From contig OX597826.1 in NCBI GenBank assembly GCA_951406725.2, forward strand, positions 60,036,001 through 60,098,000: a stretch of 62,000 nt of DNA, in the 5' to 3' direction. The notes beneath the pieces are model-generated. The model was not told the DNA's origin. It did no database searches and was given only the letters and a program-made list of their open reading frames with translations. Shown in pieces: positions 52,645 to 62,000 of the stretch. This DNA is from Octopus vulgaris (Eukaryota). Position 1 is the first letter of the stretch. Each line of letters begins with the position of its first letter. Position numbers and translations under genes: made by a program.

Positions 52645-53325
52645 AAAAAGGAACAAGAACGTAACAGGCGACAACAAAACATCGGAACAGTTAGACAATA
52701 CAAAGAACGACAGGTCATTTGGAGCTTTCTTTCGTCAGTCGAGTACCAGATCGTCATTGCAGTTTCAGCCGGTTATTCTCGAGACTGCTCCAATCTGTCC
52801 GGCCCCAAGAAAATCTAAGCTAAGGGCACTAGATTCTTTGGAAGAAAGCAAGTGAATGCATAAGAAAACAAGGAAGAAGAATAACGGAGAAATGGTACGC
52901 AATTACAAATACAAATAACAGGACATTAATAACAGGCGTCTTTCGACTAAGGACGAATTAACTTAAGCTGGCGTGTGTGAAAGTGAAGCCTTACGACAGG
53001 AAAATAAGAGACGAAAGTTAAGGGAAGGATTATAAGAGATGATACACGGATGGTAGCAAAACCAAAAAAGAAAAGTCAGGCTTGGCGGAACTCCGATTAC
53101 GTGGAAGAAGAGGAGAAAGTTAGGGGCAGAGGGAGTCAGGAATTAGCGGGGGGACGAGAAAGAGTGAAAAGAAAGGAAAGGGAAAGAATGAGGTAAAGGT
53201 GGAGGAAAAGTGATGAGAATGAAGGGAAGGCCAAGAAATGTGAGAGAGGGGGAGCGAGAAAAAGAAAAGTGGAAAGAACGAAGTAAGTGTGAAGGGAGCT
53301 AAACGAAAGGGTAAAAGAATCGAAT
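52645..53325 (-). mobile_element. Probable Penelope-like 3'/terminal remnant
   Basis: Minus strand has a long pyrimidine-rich tract and gactgacgaagaaagctccaaatgacctgtc (degenerate CUGACGA...GAAA...GUC); abuts (TAGA)n/(TA)n. Confidence 0.45.
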
Positions 53326-53334
53326 ATTCTTATG

Positions 53335-53643
53335 TTCCTTTCTTCCTGTACGTGTTTCAGTCAATAGACTGCGTCCATGTTGGAATACCGCCTTGAATTT
53401 TAGTGAACTGAATCGACCCCAAGTAATTTTCAATTTTTAAGGCTAGTACATATTCTATCGGTCTCTCTTGACGAACGGTTAAGTTACGGTCGTCGTAAAA
53501 ACACTAGCACCAGTTGACAAGCGGTGGTGAAGGAGAAACACCCACCATATATATATGTATATATGTGTGTGTGTGTGTGTGTGTGTGCATGTATATATGT
53601 ATATATATATGTATATACATATATATACATATATATTTATGTG

Positions 53644-53727
<84 letters not shown>

Positions 53728-54150
53728 GAGAGAGTGTGTGTGTGTGTGTCTTTCTATCTGTGTGACAAAGAGAGAAAATGTGAGAGGGAGATGTATGTAT
53801 GATTGTTTGTCAGCCCCATGGTTCCGGGTTCAGTCTCAATACACACACACACACACACATATGCATAGGTGTCTATGTTTCTGCTTGTCCCCTACCATCG
53901 CTTGACAACCGGTGTTGCTGTATTTACATCCCCGTAACTTAGCGTGACAAACCAGCACCTGCTATAAATTGGTTGAGGGAGAAACACAGAAGCACATGCA
54001 ACAGCCATACAGAAATATTGGATTTGTACAAGACCTCTGGCTATTAACATCATTCATATGGCATTGGCCCGACCGGGGTTATTATACAAAGCTCTTGCCG
54101 AAAGTGTGAGGAAAGGAGAAACGAAATGGCTTGAAAGTGATCGTTTTGAA
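53335..54150. mobile_element. SINE family B fragments in both orientations around a microsatellite
   Basis: 3' half on - at about 53335-53545; internally deleted copy on + at about 53810-53945; diverged head on - at about 53945-54150. Confidence 0.7.
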
Positions 54151-54375
54151 CATTGAAGCAGCGCTCAGATACTTTTGTATTTACTTATATAATATGTTCA
54201 GAGAATTCTACATACGCCACTTACAATATTTGTCTATGATTAGAAAAAGTAACTTAACAAAATCTTTATATATCTAAACGTGTATATCTATTAATATATA
54301 TCACTCGATCTTATACACTCTTTACGCTCTTTCTCTCTCTCACTTTTTACACACGCACACAGACACGGAAATCTG

Positions 54376-54471
<96 letters not shown>

Positions 54472-54481
54472 TGCAAATAAG

Positions 54482-54535
<54 letters not shown>

Positions 54536-54681
54536 CATATATATACTGAGAGAGAGATAGAGAGAAATGGGAATAGTTAAATACATGGATAAATAGACTT
54601 GTATATACATACATATATATATATATATACATACATATGTGTGTGTATATGTGTGTATATATAATGTACATATATATAAAC

Positions 54682-54733
<52 letters not shown>

Positions 54734-55189
54734 AGAGAGAGAGAGACGGACACACTGACAGACAGCACATACAGACAGACACAGTACACGAAAGCTATGT
54801 CCAATATTTCATAATGGTACCTTCTTCCTGGATCTGTGACGTACACAAGAAGTGTGATTTAAGTTACATATTTATATGTACGATTTCATAAGTATATTTC
54901 CTGATTCGATGTGCAAGATCAGAGACATCTAAAAGCTTTCTTCCAAACGATACTGCGATAGATTTGCTCTGTCTCTCTGTTTCCTCAGTTTTACCTCTAG
55001 GTATTTTCCTTCAGAATGCTACTGTATTACACGTTTACATCTAAAAGAAACTTTCTGTACATTTCAAACTATTTTGTATGTATATGAGACATTATCTATC
55101 TTCAAACTCTTTCTCTCTCTCTTTCAACCATCTTCATCCGATTCTCACACGTGTATGTATATATTTATATATATGTATCTAAGTGTAAA

Positions 55190-55271
<82 letters not shown>

Positions 55272-55559
55272 TCACGATCTCTTCTGAATTTATCTAAATA
55301 ATAGTATACCAACGTAATTTCGACTTTAAAAATACCTTCTAAGTATTCAAGTAACTGAATCGAATTACGCGTATAACAAATATTAAGATTCACTCTTGTT
55401 AATAGATACATATTCGTACCTGTATGTAATTCCAAAATGCATGTTGCAAGTGTTGCAATAAAATTTGCTTCGTGGGTGCAAAACCAGGTCCAGAGTTTCT
55501 TACAAACACGGACGAATTTTTTTCCCGATTTAATATCGAAACAAACACAAGCACAATAG

Positions 55560-56215
55560 TAATAATTATTTAGTTTCGAATTTTGGTACAAGGCGAGTAA
55601 TTTCGGAGAAGGGGATAAGTCGATTACATCAACGCCAATATTCAACCGATGCGTATCTCACCGGCCTCGAATGGGACGAAAAAGTCGAAATTGGCGGAAT
55701 TTGAACTTAGAGCAAGTAGACACACGAAATGCCTCCTAGCATTGTGTCCGACATGCTAACAATTCTGGTTACTCACCGCCTTCACAAAAATAATAATCCT
55801 TCCTACTATAGGTACAAGGCGTGGAATTTATGGGAACGGGGAGAGTCAATTACATCGACCTCAAAAGGAGAAATGCAAAGACGAACTCGGTGGAATTGAA
55901 CTGAAAAAGGAACAGGCAGACGAAATGCCGCGAAACATTTTTCCCGGTGTACTAACCATTCTGCCAGTCAGCCGCCAAAAATATTAATAACTCTCTCTAC
56001 TAAAGGAACAAATCATGAAATTTTGAGGGAGGGGACTATTCCATTTCATCGACCCCAGTTTTTCCACTGGCATTTAACTTACCAACCCGAAATGCAAAGT
56101 CGACTTCTGCGGAATTTGAACTCCGGATGTAAAGTTTGACAACACATCAAAGATACATGGAATGCCTCTAATTACCTTGCCCGGTGAGGTAACCATTCGG
56201 CCAGCTAGCCGCCAA
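55560..56215 (-). mobile_element. Tandem array of three diverged SINE family A copies
   Basis: Units at about 55560-55782, 55793-55977 and 55987-56215, each ending ccgcc followed by an aataataa-like linker. Confidence 0.85.
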
Positions 56216-56695
56216 ACATAATAATAATAATATATGTACCTCAACCAAACCGATTGACCCAATAAGGAAAAAATAATCTTTCAATTCAGGCAAAAATGTT
56301 TCTGCCTTCGTTCGTGTTGGCGATGAATTTTTTACCCTGCATCCATTGTTTCCGAGCCAAGACCAATGAAGTACCTGCTTAAAGTTAAATTATGTAAAAA
56401 TATTTTGCAAGAATGACGGCTGTGTAATATATGTTTAGAGTAATAAATACGTAATATCTTTTTTGTTCCTCTTTCTTTCGCATGTTTCTTATTCTGGATC
56501 CCTTTCTTGGAAAAGATATTGGTTTATTTTTTGAGAGCCACGCTATCAGAAAATAGCATGCATTGGCTTTAGTTGATTACTTGTTTGGTAATTAGGTGTT
56601 GTTATATAAATTAAACATTGCTATTTAACAACACAAAAAATTAAGTGGAACTAGAGAACGTGTGAGGAAATCATTTCCGTGTATATGTACGTATG

Positions 56696-56763
<68 letters not shown>

Positions 56764-57062
56764 GACATACGTATGTGTGTATGTGCGCGTGAATGCATTT
56801 TATATATGTATGCATGTTTGAGTACACAGACACACACGCATACGCACATATACACACACATTTAAACGTGACGCATACATATATATCTCTATTACGTTTG
56901 AGGCTGTGGAGCGCATATATATACACACACACACACACACAGACGCATACACACACATATATATATATATATGCATATAAATACATATACATTCACATTC
57001 AAACACGTATAGATGTATGTATGGTTTAATAATTTAAATATATGTATATGCATATATATTTT

Positions 57063-57095
<33 letters not shown>

Positions 57096-57254
57096 GTCGT
57101 TGTCTATCTATCTCCCCTCCCTCTCTATATATGTATATATAGATATGATATATATATATATATATATACTAATAAACACACACACATGCACGCACACACA
57201 CACGCACACACACACATATATATATATACATACATACATACATACATACATACA

Positions 57255-57287
<33 letters not shown>

Positions 57288-57299
57288 TTATATATGTAG

Positions 57300-57620
57300 C
57301 TTTGTCTGAAAAATTAACTTGCTGTAGTCTATTTATTTTAATCCTTAACTTTCTGCAATAATTTCAACAAAATAATCAATATTTTATCCTACCGTTGCTC
57401 ACGGCTTCTCGCCAACGTACTATTAGGTTCTCAATGCCTTGGTGTCAGAAATAACAGTTTTGACTGTAAGAATCATAAACTACATGTTCCGCTCCTCGTC
57501 GTTGTTGAACAAAAGGCCAAGCAGCCTGCTTTCGAGCGACAGAAAATGGTCATAATCTTCCCATACCAGGAGGATACGGTATCTCATACAAAATTTCTAA
57601 ATCGAGATCTTGAATAGCAT
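57300..57620 (-). pseudogene. mariner transposase C-terminal remnant with right-end sequence
   Basis: DYDHFLSLESRLLGLLFNNDEE... then HQGIENLIVRWREAVSNG resembles the mariner DYHLF.SL...F...EE...GI.KL..RW..V...G.Y motif; TIR-like aagttaatttttcagacaaa. Confidence 0.75.
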
Positions 57621-58089
57621 TTTTGTTCAAAAGATTCTTCGGTTTAAGCGAGATTTATATATTTAAGAAATTTACTGAAATCCAAGCCAGAATTGAACCC
57701 ACATATCAACGTTTGCATGGCTACATGCGCATCCGATTGCGCTGAACATCCAATTGTGCTAAATGCATCCGATTTCGCTAAGCATTAACTGCAGCTAAAT
57801 TTATATATATGATTTAAACTGTCTATTATTGTTGTTATTATTATTATTGTTATTGTTATTGTACTAATAAATTTCCACATATGCTTTCTCTCCGTAACTT
57901 AAAGCCTTCTCTTTCTTTTTTTAAGAATATTTTATGTAGTAATTAGGCAGTTCAAATATATATACGTAAAACTTGCCTGAATTTGATAGGTGAGAACTTG
58001 GCCCAATCGAATGCACATGCAGCTGTGTAAGTGTTGATATGTGGGTTCGATTCTGGCAAGTGTTAGCGCATCATTTTTCAGTCAATTTG

Positions 58090-59030
58090 TTTATATATAT
58101 ATATATCGGAGAATAGAATGCCTAACGAAAGTGGAATGCCTAAAGAAAGGAGTGATTGACTGGTTAGTGAGGCCCATTAGTGCTTGTTATATGGCTGGAA
58201 GTGTATCTAAGGACTGGTGAGGTAACTGTATAGTGCCACTGTACAAGGGAAAATGGGATAAATGTGAGTGTGGACATTTTAGGAGTATGTTTGGTAAACT
58301 GTATTGTATAATTCTGATTGTAAGGGTGAGGATCCAGAAATAGAGCGTGCTAGGAAAGGAGCAGTGCGGTTTTAGGAGTGGAAGGGTGTGTACAGATCAA
58401 ATCTTTGTAGCAAAGCAGATGTGTGAGAAGTATTTGGAAAAAGAGAGGGATGTGTATTGGGCCTTTATGGATTTAGAGAAAGCATATAGGGATGCAGTGT
58501 GGCAGGTGTTGCGGTTTTATGAAGTAGATGGCAGATCATTGAGAGCTGTTTAGAGTTTCTATAGAGAAATTAGGGCGTACGTTAGGGTGGGTGGTGAAGT
58601 GAGTGGTTTGATGTGAAGGTGGGGTTAAGGCAGGGTTTTGTAATGGTCTCCGTGGCTGTATCTGTTAAATTTATATAAGGATGGTGTGGTCTAGAGAGGT
58701 GAATGCTAGAACCTTTGGTAGGAGAGACCAAATGGTGGGAGAAAATGGAGAGAAATGGCAGGTGAGTCAGTTGTTCTTGCTGAAGATACAGCACTGGTGG
58801 TGGATTTAGAAGAGCAACTGAGGAGACTGATGATAGAGTTTGGAAGAGTGTGTGACAGGTGGAAACTGAAGGTGAATATAGCTAACAGTATGTTGATGAG
58901 ATGTTCGAGAGATGGAATGTCTGATAGGATGAGTGTGAGTATAAATGGTGTGATGTTAGAGGAGGTGAATGTTTTTTTAGTATCTGGGATCACATGTGAT
59001 AGTGGATGGAGGATGGGGAATTAACGGAAA
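58090..59030 (+). pseudogene. RTE-like LINE reverse-transcriptase fragment (second family)
   Basis: CIVPLYKG, LGKEQCGFRSGRVCTDQIFVAKQMCEKYLEKERDVYWAFMDLEKAY, GLRQG, VVLAEDTALVVDLEEQLRRLMIEFGRVCDRWKLKVNIANS; stops and frameshifts present. Confidence 0.92.
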
Positions 59031-59932
59031 AGGCGACTAAAATAGATTGAGGTAAGATTTTCATTCCAGCCTCGTAAACAGATCCATGGAGTGGAGGGTT
59101 GTCACCTGAGTCGTGCAAAGGTGTAATGTACCATGGGAATCAGCAACATATGGTGGATGCAACGATGCGCTGTTACAACGCATGCCCCCATTCGACTACT
59201 ACAACTGTTTCAATTACGGTTTTCTGTTTTACACACACAGACATATGTGTATATGCCAATATATTTACGCATGCACGTATTTGCAAATGTATTCGTGCAA
59301 ATATCCTTCTGATTCGCAATCATCAGGTGCTCAATACTTTTTATACTAAGTTCGCTTTTACTTATCAATAGATTCAGCGAGCTAGAGTTTCTAACGTGAA
59401 CTGAGAAATAATGGACGAGTGACATCAAAAAATACCCAAGCAAAGAAACCTAACATATGCCTAGAGTTTCGTCTATTGGATATAATTGATCGGTGTAAAA
59501 TATGCCACGATGGAGACGTCTCGGAATTTGATGCCGAGTGCGAACATCGGACCAGACACTTTTTCTCCATACTCTATTCTGCGATGATTTTGAATTTCTG
59601 TGCGATTTTAGAAAAGTTTGCTGAAGATAAACAAGTAAAGTTGCATTTTTGTGTATCTGTAGAAATATTTAACTGTACGTATGTATGTATGGAATTGTTT
59701 ATGACAAATGACTGCTGTTGCTTTGCTTCTTGCTTAACATTTCTTCTTCTTACATACGTAAACATGCTAACGCACACGCTAATGTATATATTTTAGTATG
59801 TGAGAGGAAGCGAGTACCGATCTTAATTTTCCTCACGTTGTTTCTCTCTCTCTCTTTTCTCCCTCCCATCCCCCCCTCTCTCTCTCTCTGAATATATATA
59901 TATGTATATATATATGTATATATGTATATATG

Positions 59933-59992
<60 letters not shown>

Positions 59993-60067
59993 CACACATA
60001 TATACATATAGGTACATTCTCATAGATGTACATAGATGACTGCTTGTGAGTGTGTAAGCATACATTT

Positions 60068-60119
<52 letters not shown>

Positions 60120-60332
60120 TATATTATATATACATACATAAGTATATTTATGCATGTACATTCACAAATACGCAAATATCCATACACTCACATATATATC
60201 TATATATATCATATGCATATATCTGGGAGATGGTAAAGTTGATGTCAATGTCTTTCATAATTAAGTACTTTTTAAAATATTTCATTTTTATATCAATACG
60301 GTAACTTGTTTTAACATCAACATAGTTATCTA

Positions 60333-60372
<40 letters not shown>

Positions 60373-61192
60373 ATGAATTTGATTTTCCCTCCCTTTTGTT
60401 TTTCTTTCTTTTGTATTCTTTTTTTTTTTTCATGAATACTCATCGCTTTTGAAATGGCGCCTTGAAATGCTTCGAATGGCGGGTGTCAAATATTGTTTTG
60501 TCATTCTTGAATTTGTGTGCTATTAGACAAGTTATGTTGTCGCCACTTGACTACGAAAATACATTAAAATACGTTTAGAAAATTTCCTTCGTATAGAAAC
60601 CGGCTATAATGATCAGTTTATGATTTTTTTTTTTTTTTAAGACAAAGTTTATAAAGAATGCAAAAAATATATAATTGCGTGTCCTAAATATGAGCCGCTG
60701 TTGTCAATGCTTATTTAAGGATTTAATATGAACTTGGTGCATATATATTTTATTTTCAACTGAAATACTACACATTTCACAACAGGTCTTTTGACACTAT
60801 TTTCCTCCCAGTAAAACTTGCCCATTTCTTCATTTCCTCTGTCACTATGACATCATCTCTGACTCTTGCCTACTCTGTTTGAATACACACACACACACAC
60901 ACACATACACACACACATATGTGTGATCATATGCCATTACATTCAAACGCACACATATATACATATACGTATATGTATGTGTATATATGTGTGTATGGAT
61001 ATGTATGTATGTATAAAGATATGTATGTATCTATGAATATATTTTTCTACATATATATAAATATAAATATATATGATAAATGGCGGTGATCCAGCATGGC
61101 CACAGCGCGTGAGCTGAAACTAGATAAAATACAAATTTAAAAAATATAGATATGTATATATATATATGTATGCGTATACATATACATACATA

Positions 61193-61290
<98 letters not shown>

Positions 61291-61469
61291 TATAAATACA
61301 GGCAATAGGTTAGTGTTAGATATGCTCAGTATAGAAAACACGTAATCAGATGAATTTGAACTACGACCTCAGCTTCAAGAGTGACTTTAAGAGAAATTCA
61401 AAAATGACTAGATACTGAGTTAATAAGGCAGATAAATACATTTATGTTTCATACGTATCAATGTTACCA

Positions 61470-62000
61470 TGGTATTATCTACTGAACAGACTTGATGTTA
61501 TAGCTAGATCACTGTATAACGAGATCTGTGGAAAGGATAACCCTAAGGAGAAATAAATAAGAACTCACAGGATAGTGGAAACCATAGCCACTCATAGCTA
61601 CGCTGGGCAATTGATGAATCTGCAGTTACTCTATCCAGACTACCTAATTATTGAGGTGATTGGATATGTAACACAGTGCCTAAATGCCAATCTTGAGAAA
61701 TTAGGTTTCTCAAAACCAGAAAGGAGGAAGCTGATTCGAAGAGTACAAATCCAATCCATCACTGGAACTGTAAAAGATCTGTAAATTTTCCAGAAGTTTA
61801 TCATTAAATATTTATGAGCATGTCTTGATATGCAACTCTGTGCATGAGAAGACACATCAAACAAAACAAATAAATCTGCACGTATACTTACATACTTATA
61901 AAAATACACTGTTGTTGATGCTAAAATTCCACTGAAGTAGCATTTGATCTAGGCTAGAAACCGACTCTTTCTCTATTGGCAAGTAATCTTGAAATAAAAC
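61470..62000 (+). pseudogene. R4/Dong-like (RLE-clade) LINE 3' end
   Basis: RLDVIARSLYNEICGKDNP...LQLLYPDY...IGYVTQCLNANLEKLGFSKPERRKLIRRVQIQSITGTVK resembles the R4-clade C-terminus; internally deleted; 3' UTR matches 38455-38575. Confidence 0.7.

Noticed and set aside
55420-55498. Minus-strand 79-nt exon candidate with KFYCNTCNMHF (zinc-finger-like)
   Set aside because: Weak AAG acceptor, all three frames open, and no partner exon supplying the His ligands.
59419-59796. ORF containing CKICHDGD, resembling the start of a RING-CH finger
   Set aside because: The remaining Cys/His ligands are not spaced as in RING-CH, and no supporting exon structure was found.

Overview
AT-rich, microsatellite-saturated eukaryotic DNA. 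It is very probably from an octopus (octopod cephalopod); this is inferred from the SINE families and repeat landscape, not confirmed. No intact protein-coding gene, rRNA, tRNA gene or CRISPR array can be supported. Nearly all ORFs in the supplied track are translations of microsatellites or SINEs. The window is mostly decayed mobile elements: four tRNA-derived SINE families (labelled A-D here, dozens of copies), pseudogenised DNA transposons (Tigger/pogo, Tc1, mariner), LINE fragments (two RTE-like families, CR1, R4/Dong-like) and Penelope-like terminal remnants. A few isolated exon-like segments may belong to a long-intron gene, with low confidence. The most interesting signal is a set of type I hammerhead-ribozyme-like motifs (27098-27132 near intact; 35376-35450, 18070-18115 and 17415-17448 decayed). 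Two of these are associated with a three-copy family of inverted-repeat elements in (TA)n tracts that carry a conserved one-sided tail. This may be a Penelope-related, retrozyme-like non-autonomous family; whether it is novel could not be checked here.
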